Counted from the first letter of the stretch, positions 41,305 to 55,998 are shown. The stretch: 64,000 bases of DNA from Balanoglossus misakiensis (GCA_040954595.2 CM082590.2:11284655-11348654); one strand, 5' to 3'. The notes: a model not told the origin generated them from the sequence alone. Program-made: numbers and translations.

Positions 41305-42384
41305 CTAGATCCAATCACGTGATTCTTTGACATGTGCACGGCCTGTCATGAAGGCTACTAACATTGCACTAACAACTACTAGAGCTACTCCGACAATTTG
41401 TACAAGTGTTGGAGTGTTACCGAACAGCAAAGCATCGCCGATATATGCAGCAACAATTTCGATGTTCCCCAGCAGGACGACGCTGGTGGCAGCTTCGTAG
41501 TGGAGACTGCGATATCGGAAGCCAAAATACAGGATGTAAAAAATGATTTTACCGGAAAGAGCTCCGACTGCTTTGGCTGGATCAGCTATGGCTATTTGTC
41601 CGTGATTTCTTGTAAAGTTCAAAGCTAGGCTGATTGGCGTGCCAACTAAACCGGAATACATAAAGATGGTAAATACACTGACATCGGTTGTAAACGCACG
41701 CGCTAAAACTGCATTTGTGCACAAGCCAAGTGCACAGAGGACAGCCAGAGTGTATCCTATAGAATCATCAAAGACATCGACGTCTGTGTAGGTCTTGCCT
41801 TGGTTGGCTTGAATAGACGGCAGTGATATGAGTAAGATACCAGTCAAGTTAAAAACCGTCGATATCCCATGACGCACTGGTTTCCATGGTTCCCGTAGTA
41901 CCAAACTGGCCATCAGTGGAGTAAATACTGGCACGGCCGCGCAGTACATTGCAGTGACATCACCAACTCCCGATATGTAAGACATACTATAGTAGTACGC
42001 TAAATTGGCCAAGTTTTCTAAGATTCCCATGATGATAAGAATAGCACGGTCAGTGTAACTTTTCGGTAAAAGTTTCAACTTGAAGTAAATAACGAATGGA
42101 CAAGACACCAGCACCATACACACACCTTGTACTATCAAGATTTGAATCTCGGTCACACCTTGATTGACAGCTAGTAGACTAAAAACGCCTGATAGTCCCA
42201 GACATATACCGCTACATAATGCCAGTGTTACTCCAACTAATGATTTCACAATTCTCTTACATTTCATTGGAAACGTCTCCATTGGTTTCTTCTCTTCAAA
42301 GTCCATCGAGTTGAAAAGCCATCGCATTTCCAATGGTTTCTCTGATGACCCTTTCAGACCGCCGTTGACAAACATCTTTGCCAT
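41305..42384 (-). CDS. SLC35G-like / EamA (DMT superfamily) transporter, ~359 aa
   Basis: About 10 hydrophobic helices in two EamA-like halves (GDVTAMYCAAVPVFTPLMASLVLRE; EAATSVVLLGNIEIVAAY). The ORF extension to 42468 is a polypyrimidine tract and acceptor (AG at 42419-42420 or 42396-42397), so the likely start is ATG 42384. A candidate upstream donor GAG|GTAAGT lies at 43990/43991. Confidence 0.87.
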   Translation of the reverse strand: MAKMFVNGGLKGSSEKPLEMRWLFNSMDFEEKKPMETFPMKCKRIVKSLVGVTLALCSGICLGLSGVFSLLAVNQGVTEIQILIVQGVCMVLVSCPFVIYFKLKLLPKSYTDRAILIIMGILENLANLAYYYSMSYISGVGDVTAMYCAAVPVFTPLMASLVLREPWKPVRHGISTVFNLTGILLISLPSIQANQGKTYTDVDVFDDSIGYTLAVLCALGLCTNAVLARAFTTDVSVFTIFMYSGLVGTPISLALNFTRNHGQIAIADPAKAVGALSGKIIFYILYFGFRYRSLHYEAATSVVLLGNIEIVAAYIGDALLFGNTPTLVQIVGVALVVVSAMLVAFMTGRAHVKESRDWI

Positions 42385-45300
42385 TGCTTGTGTAACTGCA
42401 AGAGGCCAAGTAACGATGCTGCCATCAACAGAAATTATAAAAAAGAAAAGAAAATTCCTGAACTTCATTTATATATCGAGATGTCGACACTTCAAGAAAT
42501 CAATAAGCAACGCAATCATGTATTCATATTAAGCTGACAAATTCTACACAAAAGCTATTTGTTAAGTCAGATATTGTCACTTAGCAACAGTTTTTAAATT
42601 TTCATTGCAATTTTGTCACGTCTCGATGGCAACGAAAATGAAGCATATTGAAGAAGTTTGATTGAACTGAGAAATTTAAGGCGTTATTAACTCACATTCA
42701 ATACTCAGCCCAAATGATATAATCTTCGGCGTGAAATTTGAACGTTTTTTCATCAAAACCATTAGTTACTTCCTTCATACCGTGCAATCTCCATGTACAG
42801 ATGAAATTACTCACCGGTTTGAGTTGGTTTGTCAGATATGTTGTCAAAATCCTAATGATGAGTCTCTGGTGAGGTATTTTTCAGTTGTATTTGTCCACAG
42901 GAACATTATTTGCAACAGACCCGTACGATAGATGTGTGCGTTGGTGATTACTTTCTTTCTTCGTTCACTTTATCTTCCTTCAACTGTTTTTATAGCGATC
43001 GACAAGCCAGAAAAAGTAAAAATATCTTGTCGATCAGTTGTCGATAGGTCTACTTTACCTAGTGGGTGTAAATATTTAGATTGTACCAGTATCGGCGACT
43101 TCTAATGCATTTCATCCAGTCCAGCTATTGTATCGCTGTTTCTCTTGATAAATGCTCGTGTTAAACGTGCCGCTCTCGCTTATAGTTGCCAGTGCCGACT
43201 ATCGATGTCAAGCATGCAACAAGAGTTGATAGTGAATTCTTGAATATCAAGTCCCTGAACGACAGACTTGGTTCAATCCCAGAGGTGGATTTTAAATCCA
43301 AGAAAATCTTCCAATTTTCAACACCATTTCATCGAACAACTTGGTGTTCCACTTGCGTATTCGCATGGGCGCTTGAAATTGATGCAAATGACTGTTTTTG
43401 AGCAGAAGAGTTTGTTAAGAAAGGATGTGTATCATTCTGTTCTGTGTCATCAAGCCCGTCTGACATCATCTTCACTGTTTAGGTGACATATCTGAAATTA
43501 AGTTAGTCAAGTTAATGCATAATTAATTATTGACAAAAGAGCTATGTTGTAGTGGGACTGACTTTATCAAAATTATCCAAGTCTAATCAACCGTGATATC
43601 ATATTTCACAATTTAATTCTCATGCACTTTTTGGTAGAGTTTTTCTTAATCGTATGTTTTCGCTTGGATAGTTGTAATGAGGGCAGTGTTATCGTAACAT
43701 GGATCAATAAGGGCTTTTCACACGTGTCTACATTTCAACAAAACTGTCTTTTCATTACAAACATTACCAAATGAGTCCACAGTCGAATCATTAACAATGA
43801 TCTGCATTCTTCAATTGATTTCTCTCCATTAATATTGAATATTACATTTGTCAGTAACCTGCAGTGTTTTTCGACAAATTGAGCCGAAATTCGAAAACTG
43901 AAATAATACATGGATGTGAGTCAATAGAATAACGAAAAAGCTGGGTACACAGGAAAGTTGCCATCAGTGTAGCAGTATGTAATAACTTACCTCGACTGGT
44001 TTGGTTGCGTGTTGCATCATGATAGAGGATAGATCCACATAGACATCGTTTGAAAAATGCCAAGACTCTGCGCAAGTGACGAGTCTGAACAGAAGATGAT
44101 ATCAGCTTCTTTGCATCTCACTTTTCAGGTGGGAATTTAGTAACGCCTTAACAAACCGTATCAACAATTGGCGCGACTGAATCTCGCCCTCGGTGAAAAA
44201 AAGAACTTTCTCAGTAGACCACTGTGATATATACATGTTGCATTTACAATTATGACGTAGAAATCATGGTGCGTGGGATGCAAATTTGACATTGAAAAGA
44301 GAATTGACGTCGACTTTTCTTGTCCCCCTAGGCTGACAGAAAATTACTGTCTTTACTTAGCTAAACGTACACTCTTGAGATAACATTATCTCATATAGCT
44401 AGTGGCTGCTGCAACAACCACTCTGTCTGAAATTAAATCACTGGTAAATTTGTATTTCTCATCGTATTCATTTTATAACATCGGAATGAATTCTTTCCAC
44501 AATTCATTTTTCCCTAAAATACATTCTGAACAAAAATAATATTAGATGGCTTAGACGTAACAAACCGGTAAAGTACATTACAAATAATCATGTTTTGTTT
44601 AAAACAACTGAAACTGTAATTGGTTGTTCAATACATGTGATTCAACAGAAAAAATCTTTTTAGAAACATTGCTGAGAAATCTGCCTTTAACAGTAATAGT
44701 CTAACCCGCTTTAATGTTTAACAATCGCCATTTATGATCGCAGACAATCTTTAATTTAGTCTGAATCACATTCATTCTCGTATCCTAGTTCAATAAATAC
44801 CTGATTACACATAACAGACTAGACGGATCGTCTCTAATACATATTTTCTGTCAAAGAGTTTGAATAAAAATTATGTAAAAGTTGAAGTAAGATTGGTATA
44901 TCTTAATCAGTACATGCATTTCAAAATATCAAAAAGAAGATATCTGTCGTGTTTGTGGATTTATTCCTAATGTAATCATTATCGATGGGCACTGACACTG
45001 TGTTTTTTATTTTGTTAATCGACAGTACGGGTGACTGTGAGCTGATTCCGTTGCTTTTAGCGTTGATCACTAATAGGAGGTAACCCCCGTTTCCTTCCTG
45101 AACACAGACGGATGTCGATTATCTTAGTGGTGTTCTAAATTACCAGCCATTAACAAGTACACCTCTAGTGCTGCAGCTTCTATCATCGATTACAACACTT
45201 TGTCTATTGTCCGTTAAAACGTGTTGGACATACCAATGCCTCGCTTTGCGCAATTTCTTGCAAATCTGGAAAATTACTGCAAATACGTTTTTAAAATGTG

Positions 45301-45770
45301 CCAATCCGAAAGGTAGTGTTCTTATCAAATCTAGAACTTGCTTATACACAGTATAGACAGATGTTCCTTGAGAAGACCTGTCAATCTTACTAGTTCTGCA
45401 TTATTCTAGGTGTGTAAGAGATTGTGAAATGTTCACAACACATGTATCAAAGAAAATATAGTTTTTGCCACCTTGCAACAAGCACATAACAGGATGGTGA
45501 CCATTTTGAATTTCAAGTGTTGGTGAAATTGGGGTCATTGTGGTTCTCTAATGGAAACAGACCATTTTCAGAACTTCGCAAGGTGCTATAAGATCTTGGG
45601 TGGATGGGAGAACATTCTCATGTGACACAGGACAAACAACAGATGGCTCATCATGTTTAAACGGCATATGATTAATGTTTTTGGTAAAAAGTCTGGACTT
45701 GTTTCAGTTTCATATAAAGCTGGACTTGTACCACTTGGCTTGTAACCCGTTGCTATGGTGTTAATCATAT

Positions 45771-45810
45771 CTCGCGAGATTTCACAATGTTATCCAAGCC
45801 TCGCGAGATC
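45771..45810. promoter_or_regulatory. Two TCTCGCGAGA-type (BANP/ZBTB33) palindromic motifs
   Basis: TCTCGCGAGA near 45770-45779 and CTCGCGAGA near 45800-45808, in an otherwise CpG-poor background. Confidence 0.4.
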
Positions 45811-48800
45811 TCGTAATGAGCAGAAAGTCATCTATTCCTTGGCATGGTGAGTCCAGATTTGCGAGGATACCCATCATGATAAATAACTTCTATAAAGAAA
45901 GAGTCTGTATTTATAATATAATCCCAGGATACATTGGAGGATTATCTCTTGATGAAAACTATACTATGAGATGTGACGATTTACAGTTTGAACCGTAAAT
46001 CACCAAAGTGATGAGAATAGATTAAGTTATTGACTTAAAAGTTGGATTTGGTTATATTATTATCTGTCTTAATTTGGAGTTGCGATGAGGAGGTAAGTAT
46101 AGCAATATTAAAAATTAGTTGCTATAACAAATAAGAACACTCCACTTCACAAGAAACGAAGTGGACCCGCTGAAAATTTGATGAAAGAGATGAAACAACA
46201 ATTCAATGTTGTGAGCTTTTAAAAATGATGACTCAAATATTGATTGTATTGGCCCGGGGAAGAATTTAGATTGGCTGTAGTAATGTCAACATTAAAATTT
46301 AATGACCTCCCTCATTTATCAATACTATTTTTATGTTATTATCAGAAATATAAGCTTAAGATGCAATTCCCAAAATGGTAGATGTACAGCGATGGATTAA
46401 TTGATGTCAACAGAAAGTGTTAGCAACATGTCGAATTACGCATGCGTAATACTTGAAATTATATAGTCACTTATTTCACACATCCCTTAATACTCTTGAT
46501 AACCACTTTTGAATTGTCTGGTAATAGCTTGCCTAGACTCAACGGGCTTGGAAGGGATTATTTTGTCAAGACACAAACACACACGCACATACATACATGC
46601 AACGGTACATGTATGTATCTGTATGTGTGTGGAAGGTTATATTGTCCACTGAAGGGTAGTCTATGGGAGGAATGTCTTAAATTGCCAGGTTGTTGATTCT
46701 TACATTAGTGGTAACATTGTATACTGAAGGAATGACAGTTCAAATCAATCGTATCCTTGTTTTCCGCCAAGTACAAACACCATTCTACGAGTGCAAACAA
46801 AATATACTAACATCGTCTAGCTCCACATTGAGGCTAAAGTTAGCAAGGATTGATTCTAAGGTTTAGGATACATAATTCATTCTAATCTCACTTGGATCGC
46901 AAATGAGGCAACTGTCTGGGCATGATCTGCTGCAAGTTTCTTTTAATCAAGCGTTCAAAAATTTCGTACTACTTCCAACCAATTTTAAATACACATCCTT
47001 TTTCCAGAGCAATTTCTATAAATTCAAGATTTCCATAAAAGGTTTCTGTTTTATCTTGATGTAAGGTAACACAAAGGGAACATGATCATTTCCACAAATT
47101 GAGTAATTAAGCCAAATGTTTCAAATATCCGATTCAGAATTGCTCTCTTAGTTGACGTACAACGATCTCTCTGCTAATCTTCATCAGTCTTTTCAATTCC
47201 CATCGTCAACTCAAAACATAACTTACAAACACATGTAAGAAAATTAGTCTTGGTCTCGATCTCCCTGCTGGAATTAAATTTGCTTTTCATTTATTTTCTT
47301 CCCCATGTCAGCATTGTTGCTTTGTGTTTAGTTCTTCACAAAACAGAGTAATACATCTTACTATAAGGGGAGCTAAAGTCCCAATCTAATATTTTCGAAC
47401 TATTAAAACAATGACGTCATTTTTGCCACTGATGTCATGGCCATTCGTAAATCCTTCAGGTAAAATACAAACAGATGGAGATGGAATATTTTAGATTTAC
47501 GTGTCACTTTGCTACAAAAGTGATCATTTACGTCCATGCAGGCTGAAAGTTGGTTTCCGTAAACCCCCAAAAGCTAGTTTCCATAATCTGCAATATCCGT
47601 TTTGGTTTCATTTTTCTTCATTTAACATAGCAAGGCTGTGCGAATAATTTTAACCTACCTGTCATGTGACATATGTGTTATTATTACTCTAACCGAAACT
47701 AGTCCCATAAGTGCTAAAATCACGCAAACATCTTGCCTGCAAAACTTTCAAGTTAATTGCTACCCCTCCAAACTGAATAAAGTATTCTGATCTACCAACC
47801 TGTTCCTCAGAGGCAATGGCGACAACAGGCATTTGTTCAACTATACTTCATTATTTTGTCCAAAAATAATTTCAGTAGTGCGTCTGATTAAAGGTCTCTG
47901 GGTGTATAACTATCATCTTCTAATAATCAACCCAAATGAAGAAAGACGAGAATGATTTCATAAAAGATTATTACTTGACTAGATTCTCTAAATGTTAATG
48001 TATTACCTTTTCTGTCTTATCATGTCATTATCAACGTGACTTACAAAGCCCTTGGCAAGCTAATTCACGCATATGGTATGATATGATCGAAAAAGCTACT
48101 CGTTGCTTTGAGATTGATTTCAATTGTGCAACAGTCCTGCACTGTCTGTCAGGTTCTAACAGGTACGTGTGTCTTGGACTGTCGATGTTTGCAAAATTCT
48201 ACCTACCGGTATATCATAATTATTATCATATGGTGATAGTGACAAATTGACAAGAATTCATCATTAAACATAAACATGACCGAAAAGGAAATCTAGATTG
48301 TTCAAAATAGTATCTGTTACTATGCCAACGAAAAAGGGAATCGGTCAATTTTCTCTGATTCTGTTTGATTGCTTTCTTTACAAATCCAAACCATCGCATG
48401 TCACCGTGATTGAAAATCACATTACGGAGCAATTCTGTAACCAAGCGCTGTACTTTGGATTGGAGATTGGAGATGAGCGCACTGTCCTGTCAAACTTATT
48501 CTAGGTCAAATACAATGAGATTTAGAGATGGTTTACGTTGCTGGTAACAGCTGATACAATACCTCAGAGATCGGCATTAGTAATCGCCTTTTGTTGTGTC
48601 AACATTGAGCAATCGCTCAGAATTCTTGTTGGAGAATGTTTAGTTTCCATCACCTGGGAAGGCTAAGGAATTTGTGTCATATTAAGGAGTAAAATTAAAA
48701 TAAACTAAACAAGTCAATCCTGCCATCCCATCTCATCTTTATTTAGATTTATATCACAATCTGTTTTAATAATTGAAAGACGATGATCTGTGCCTGCATA

Positions 48801-50372
48801 ATTCAGAATCTTGTACAAGATCACATGATTCATGATGATGCGTCCTGACTATACTACACAACCCGAGTTAAAAACAAAAAGGTTTTCTGTCCTTGTGTAT
48901 CTGTCTGTCAGACTGACTCTCTGTCTGTCTGTCTTTCTGTTCTACTGACTGACTCTGTTACCTTGTCAACCTAACGACTTTTGAGTGTTCCTGTCTCGTA
49001 ACCTTCTCAGCGTCTTGCGCTCACCAGCAATTACCTGTGAAGTCATCCTCAAAGAATTATATCAGTCTGATCGCAGACACACCGTGAAGGCCATTTTTAT
49101 CATTATTTTACAAGCTGTCAGTTTTTGTTGCATCACAGCTTGATATCTTTTGATGATTCAAATCATGATGTCGTTCGTTGACAGTCAAAACATAATGACT
49201 GTTTGTACCTCGCTGTCAATACAATATGAAGTAGTAATTTGTTGGCAAACATTGCTATGTTTGTTGAGTGATAATTGTTTGTATTTACACACGATGCATA
49301 TTGTGTGGTTCCATGCCTCAAGTCGCTAAAACAGTAGTTTCTGAAAAAATCGAACAAAGGGGGCGCTGTTCAGAAATTGAAAAAACTTTTTAGATGAGGA
49401 AGATGAACCGTCCTTGTGAAGTTGGAACAGGATTGTGATTTTCTTTGATCAGTGGTGTTTTGGGTGACCCTTGCCCTCCCACTTCAACCCACCCCACCCC
49501 TCCAACCCCCACGGACAAACAGAAAGAGAGACCAACTTGTCAATGCATGTAACAACCAAGACTAGCCCACTAGTCGATCACTTGGTGATTTTTTATCTTT
49601 ATGAAGATTCTTAACAACCATGAAAACACCAGGCTCACTCACATGTTTAACATTTTTTATATTAAAATAAATGCGTCTGTCATACTCATAAATTACTATC
49701 ATTTCGTGGAATATCTTTTATACTAAAGAGACAACTTTATGTTTCTATTTCTACTCAGGCTGACAGACAGAAGGAAGAAACAAGCAAACTGCGCCTGAAA
49801 GACGCTTTACCATCAGACATCCTGAACATTTTAGGTAAGAAGCAAGTGTACATGATTTTCGGTTCAAGTTAAAAGTATTACCCTTAAATAACCTTTAATT
49901 TCTTTGTAAGCTTGGTGACTTCGAAAGTTTTGTTACTTTGCAAATTTTTGGAATCTCCCTTGTACGTGTTATCAAAATGTCTACATACACTTAGTAGTTT
50001 ATGAGATGTAAAGTGGTAAATTCGGCCAACTAAGAGATCTGGGTGTAAAAGTGGATTTTTGGGCCAAAAGTTGTAAATGGCATACTTTTTCTTTCAAAAC
50101 TTTTTCGTAAACTATCTGGTGGAGGCTCACATATTACGAGCAAAGACTTGCGGAGGGGCACATTTTAACAATGCTTAGTTCGTTTGACTTGACCATCGCG
50201 AATTCCTGGGGTCCACCGCTACAGAAATAACGAGTTTCTATGGATACGCGCGCGCGTCGCAGTCATAACCGGCCAAGTTTTTTTCTGCTACGGTAAACGC
50301 GAGCTTCTCACCCCCGTGAAAAGATTGGAACAGTCCGATGTAAACAAAAACAAGCCGGGGTTGAAATTCAAG

Positions 50373-53300
50373 ATGGCGGAGGCTGCATTAGAAATGCTAG
50401 GAGGGACGTCTGGAGTTGTTACGACTCAATGGGACCCGCTACATAGCAAAGACTGGGATAAGGAAGTTCCCACACAACAATGTATCCTCAGAATTAAAAG
50501 GTAAGCGTTCATTTGAAATGTCAGACATTTTTTCGGCGGTTGGGAATGAAATAGCGAAACACTGCTCGGGGATCTGAGGGTCACTGTATTTGAGTAATAA
50601 CTTCTTCCGGTCAATATTTTTGACAGTTCGATTCAGCGAAAAACATTACAGTTTGCTCAAAATATAATATCTCTAAAGAGAAGTCTATGTTATAATGATA
50701 ACATGTGATTAAATTATAAATTGTCGATATCGAAGGACTTCTGTCAGTGCTGTGGTATTTGACAGGCCCGTCGAAATTTAAGTCAGACTTTTAGTAGATG
50801 CGCACTAAATTTGACAGGTGAGCCCTAGTCTACCATATACAGATTGTGTCATATTGTACATACATATACATGTAACTTGGTTTCTCGAAGACTTATCGTT
50901 TGTAGTTTATAAAAAGGGGAGTTTATATTAAGTATTTTTACTTTTTTGCCATTGGATTATCTGAGTTAAGAGACAATAATATTTAATCTTCAAACCCCCT
51001 ATGGCCCCTCTCTTTCTGAGACTTCAAAACGCATCTAACATGTCTATTATAAGAATCGGAAGTGATCATTAATCGCTACATTGACAACTGTCAATTCATT
51101 TGGTTAAACATTAGCTGTGGTAATAACCAAAAGAGACTGTAGTTCTTTTTTCTTTAGTCATATATACTCTACATAGAAACATACGTAGAAACATACACAT
51201 ATGATATTTACATAGCATAAAGAATATAAACTTAGAAATATATTCCATATCTCATATTTCACATGCTTCTATTACAGAGATATAATGAGTATATACAATG
51301 AACCTCCACCAGGAATGTGTGTAGTACCTGATAAAGATGACATAACAAAGGTAAAACATCGTACTATTTTGTCAGTGAGATTTTCCGTGAATTCTAAATG
51401 CATCAACATTTTTTTTTTGGGGGGGGGGCACATTTCTAAAGAAACAATAAATAAGTACATTTGATACTTCAAGACATTATCCCAAAAGTTGAAAAATATT
51501 TTTTGTAGTCATATGCAATAGAAATGATGTGTTGAAATAACTCTGTTATTCACACTCTTAATTAATATATTTGTGTTTTATTTCTGCAGGTGCACGCACT
51601 GATTACAGGACCCTTCGACACCCCATATGAGGGTGGTTTCTTCCACTTCCTTATAAGGTTTCCTCCAGATTATCCAATTAGACCCCCTAGGGTGAAGCTA
51701 ATTACTACAGGTGATGGCAAAGTTCGGTTTAATCCCAATCTGTATCGTAATGGAAAAGTGTGTCTCAGCATTTTAGGGTAAGTTAAAAGTCCATCTATGT
51801 TCAGAATTAAGGAGCTTGTATTTGTATTTGAGTCACAGACAGTGTCATCTTAGCACACTTTTCATCAAATGAGATGCATACTGTCATGAAATAATCAGCA
51901 ACAAATATTGTTTTGATATCTTATGTTTACAGAACATGGTCAGGTCCGGCCTGGAGCCCGGCTCAAAGTCTATCGAGTGTATTAATATCAATACAGTCCT
52001 TAATGAATGAGAAACCTTATCACAATGAACCGGGCTTTGAACAAGTAAGTATCATCATCTCAGATTATGCATCACTTGATGTCAAGCATGATGGATGTAA
52101 CTACACTTCCCAATGCCAGACACGCGTTAATGGGTTTGGACTGAACCATGGTGGTGAAAGGGTTAATAATCCCTCAAAACTATACATTATACACAGTTTC
52201 TGATTCAGTGATTTTTTTTCTCTCAACAGGAGAGACAAAGTGGCGATGCTCAAAGATACAATGATTGTATTCGACATGAAACAATACGGGTAGCAGTTTG
52301 TGAAATGTTAGAAAATACCAATGAAAGGGTACCAGAGGAACTCAGGTAAGAGTCAGACAAAGTCACAGGTGCCTGAGGATGTTCAACTCTCAGCTGTATC
52401 CTATATACAGTACTATACTACAGCTGACAGTTTGACATCACCAGACACCTGTGGATTGAAGTGACTGGTTAGTCAGGGTCCCTGCCCAAGTTCGACTGCT
52501 GGCTGCGCTGTGCTACAAGAAAAAGGTCAAGTATGGAATATTGTAAATTAATATGATTATCATTGGACAATAAAATACAAGCTAAGCCAAAGCAACAAAC
52601 AAAGGCTGTCTGAAATCATCTGGCCTGCAGACCTTCGAAACAGCCACCTTGCTGATCACATGCTTGTCAGGTGATTGTCTTCATTCAAATTTCTGATGAC
52701 GATGGCACAGCACAGCCAGGAGCTGAAATCGGGCAGAGAACCAGATTTAAAATAGTGTGTCACATGGTAATAACGTTAGATACAGTGTGCTCATTTTAGT
52801 ACCACCATTTCACAAAGTTTAGTCCTGAAACTGTCACCTAGTTTTGTGTGATATCTTACATTTACTGCTTCAGGTAAAACTTCGGTTATTAGTTGTCCTG
52901 ACATACCATTTTAATTCTTTTTCATGTTCTCATTATTTGTTCACAGAGATGTCATGGAGAAGTCGTTTCCTGAATTTTTCGATTATTACACATCCACAGT
53001 GAATGACAGACTATATCTGTCTGGTCAGAGTATGCAGGTGAGATTGGATTATTCAAATCTGTCGATCAATGAAACAGGAGCTTAACCCTTCCACCCCTAG
53101 TTCCCTCTTTAGAGGTCCAAACTTTACCATATAAAACAACGGGTTTGGTCTGAAATGGGAACTATGGTGGTGGAAAGTCTGTTTCAATGAAATGACACAA
53201 GACAGTTTGCACCAATTCACAATATTTGGCAGTAACTCTGATAAACTTCTGTACCTCTAATGAACTGTATTTTTTTTGCGATTCTTTCAGGATCCATTTG

Positions 53301-53470
53301 GTGAGAAGCGCGGCCATTTTGAATATGCAAATTTGAAAACCAGATTAGAACGCATCAAGAAGACAATAGAAGAGAAACTAGGAGATGTGTTGTCTGATCT
53401 GGATAGTGATATGAGTACTTCTGATACAGACACTAATATGGATACAAATACAACCCAAACAACAAGCTGA
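50373..53470 (+). CDS. UBE2Z: Ubiquitin-conjugating enzyme E2 Z (295 aa, 7 exons)
   Basis: Exons 50373-50500, 51278-51350, 51590-51777, 51933-52044, 52230-52345, 52947-53037, 53291-53470 (888 nt, phases consistent). Motifs [41 protein letters not shown] (catalytic Cys), [29 protein letters not shown]. Confidence 0.96.
52131..52166. mobile_element. piggyBac-like MITE fragment (right end)
   Basis: TGGGTTTGGACTGAACCATGGTGGTGAAAGGG-TTAA, near-identical to the right half of the 54169-54231 element. Confidence 0.65.
53082..53176. mobile_element. piggyBac-like MITE copy
   Basis: TTAA-CCCTTCCACCCCTAGTTCCCTC...GGGTTTGGTCTGAA...ATGGTGGTGGAAAG. Confidence 0.65.
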
Positions 53471-54168
53471 TTTCATTCGCATCATGAACTTGACAAAATG
53501 TATTTGTATATAGTTGTGTAATTATTATCAGAGCTGAAATCGTTGCTTTATCAAGATTCTTTTATCTCTGCCAAGTGTAAGAAGAAAATTTGTCACTTGG
53601 CGACACTTTGCATGATCCTGTGGGAGAGAGCCCTCAAGCACTGATGCTTTCATACAGAGTCTTTACATATTCTTGCGTTTCACAAAATTCTGACACAATT
53701 GTCAGAAAAGGTGCCGTTGTGAGACTGATCCGTGGCAGCCTTGCAGTTTTATTTCTGATTGGTCAATCTCTTTGTCAACCCAGGTGCACAACAGGTGTAT
53801 GCATTTTCTTGTTAAATCTGAGATGTGGTGGGTATAAAATTAGCCCTCACTGTAGATGTATCCTTAAATCAGGACATGTAGAATCTTCTTTTTCTCACAA
53901 AGTGAGCATGTAAGTGCATGTACTTGGAACTTGACAGTTTAACCCACGGATCTCATCTAAGCTTAGCAAATTAACTCTCTAAAAAGAATTGTAACTAAAC
54001 GTTTGACGCGTCTTTGAAGATTTCTGATTGACCTCCCAAAATGTGTTGATGTAGCAGTGGATATCTGCAATGTTAATTGGTTCTGTTTGTTACATGCTGG
54101 TGCAAGTATTAACTGATTTACGGAACAAAAGTGCCATTTGTGAAAATTTAGTTATATCTAGTGTCCCT

Positions 54169-54231
54169 TTAACTCTTCACCCCCAGTTCCCTCTATGGGT
54201 TTGGACTGAACCGTGGTGGTGAAAGGGTTAA
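54169..54231. mobile_element. Minimal piggyBac-like MITE with TTAA flanks (63 bp) in UBE2Z 3' region
   Basis: TTAA-CTCTTCACCCCCAG...GTGGTGGTGAAAGGG-TTAA; terminal inverted repeats with TTAA on both sides. Confidence 0.7.
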
Positions 54232-54575
54232 CAAGCATTGTGTTTGAAAAGATGTGTTTGTTCTATGATGTTGTGTCACACAGAATGGACATCAATATCA
54301 AGTATATAGAATTCCGTGGGGGATTTTTTTCGTATTATTTACATAAATCTGTAATAACTGGTATTACTACTGTGGGATGGCTGATTGTTGTGAAAAAGAA
54401 TGTAAATTTTAAGAGTCAAGTTGCTGTGAAAGAGACATGATGTCATAATTGAAACATTGTTTCAGTTTATAAAACGACAAGGTTAGTGTCTTATGACTAA
54501 TATTAGACGGTTTTGTGGTATTTATTTCTGAAAAACAGAATGTACATCTGCTGAGTTATCTGTCACATAGCTACG

Positions 54576-54640
54576 GAGGGAGGGAGGGAGGGAGAAGGAG
54601 AGGGTGGGAGCGAGACAGAGACAGAGACAGACAGAGAGAG
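54576..54640. repeat. (GGGA)n/(GACAGA)n purine-rich simple repeat
   Basis: ggagggagggag...gagacagagacagagac. Confidence 0.8.
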
Positions 54641-55988
54641 TAGACTTTTGGTGGACCACTCAGCTGAAGTACAAGATTCACATGGCAGAAAAGGAGATTA
54701 ATGTTAATTATAAGACAGTAGTTTTTGTGGCAATATTGACACTTGATATAAATGAATAAAAAGATACATTTACATCACTGTTACCATGGGAAACAAAGAT
54801 GCACTGAGGTGACTATGTTGGAAATATGGTGTATTTTGCAAAATGTTATGAATAGTTGTGAAGATAGCTGGCCTCCAAAGGATGCCACGGTAGAGATAGA
54901 TAATAGGACAAGATAGGTTTGGTTTTGCTTTGATGTAAACAAGACCAAGATAATGGACTCAAACTTTTTTGACTTTTAGCTATGGGGATGTTAAGGATTG
55001 TCTTGTCTTACACAAGATATGAAGTTGTTTTTATTTGTGATTTTGTTGGAGTCAAATTGTTTCTATAATCTGAGAGGAGAAAAGACACTGGAGGATGAAG
55101 GAAATAACATCAGTTGAGTATGAGATGTTTTACACAGATGATTTTCTACTCATAAGGAATTTACAAGTGTTGGAGGGAGGGGGCACTTGTCCATGTGCTA
55201 TAGAAGCACAGTCAGTGTAGTGACTCTGATAGAAGTATAGAAATATATGCCCGCATAGCAGAAGATCCCAAAAACCCTTTCCTTGTGTCTGAAACTTCAC
55301 TCTTTGCATTGCTGTTATATGTTCCAGTAAGGTTTCCCATTTTTGTTGCCATGGCAAGTGCAGGGAATGTAGTAGCTAATATGATGTTCCTGTAGATTAA
55401 AATACAAATTTCAAAGTTTATTTTATTTAATGCATTTTAATTTAAGCTCCATGATTTATTCATATCATGCGCCCAGAAACAATCCTCCAGTTGATGCATG
55501 TTGTGCAGTTCATATTACATTTCCAAATATTTATGATTTATTAATAAACCTTTGATATTATACTGCACTTTTAAATTTGGTTTGTTTCTTTTGCTGAGGT
55601 TTTTATACTATTAGTTTTTCCCTTGATAGAACCAGCAATTGGATGGTTACCTCGTATTAATCTTCGTTGTATATTGCAAGAATATTATCACATTCCCATG
55701 GACACTGTACACTATTGAACAATTCCACGAATAAAGAGTGGCCCTGTAACTCAGTCTTGTGTTTTCAGAGTTTGTTTTAGACCATAGATATAAGTACATG
55801 TAGATAGAATGTACATGTCTTGTACTATGTAAATGGATAGAATATTAAAAATCCACACAAAAATGCAAGTACTGTTTGAAGTATATTCCACCTGCTGTGT
55901 GTGTGAAAGCAGTGAAATGAACTGCCGTACCACAAAGAAATGCACAACTGAAAACATTCAATGATGTAACTATTGTCGATTTCAGGGT

Positions 55989-55998
55989 GGGGATTCCC
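55989..55998 (+). promoter_or_regulatory. Consensus NF-kB site upstream of the death-domain gene
   Basis: GGGGATTCCC(CC), about 420 bp upstream of ATG 56416. Confidence 0.45.

Noticed and set aside
48298-48666. Faint death-domain-like translation (ITEQFCNQALYFGLEIG...)
   Set aside because: Two stops, missing conserved Trp residues and no good acceptor; too weak to call without a profile search.
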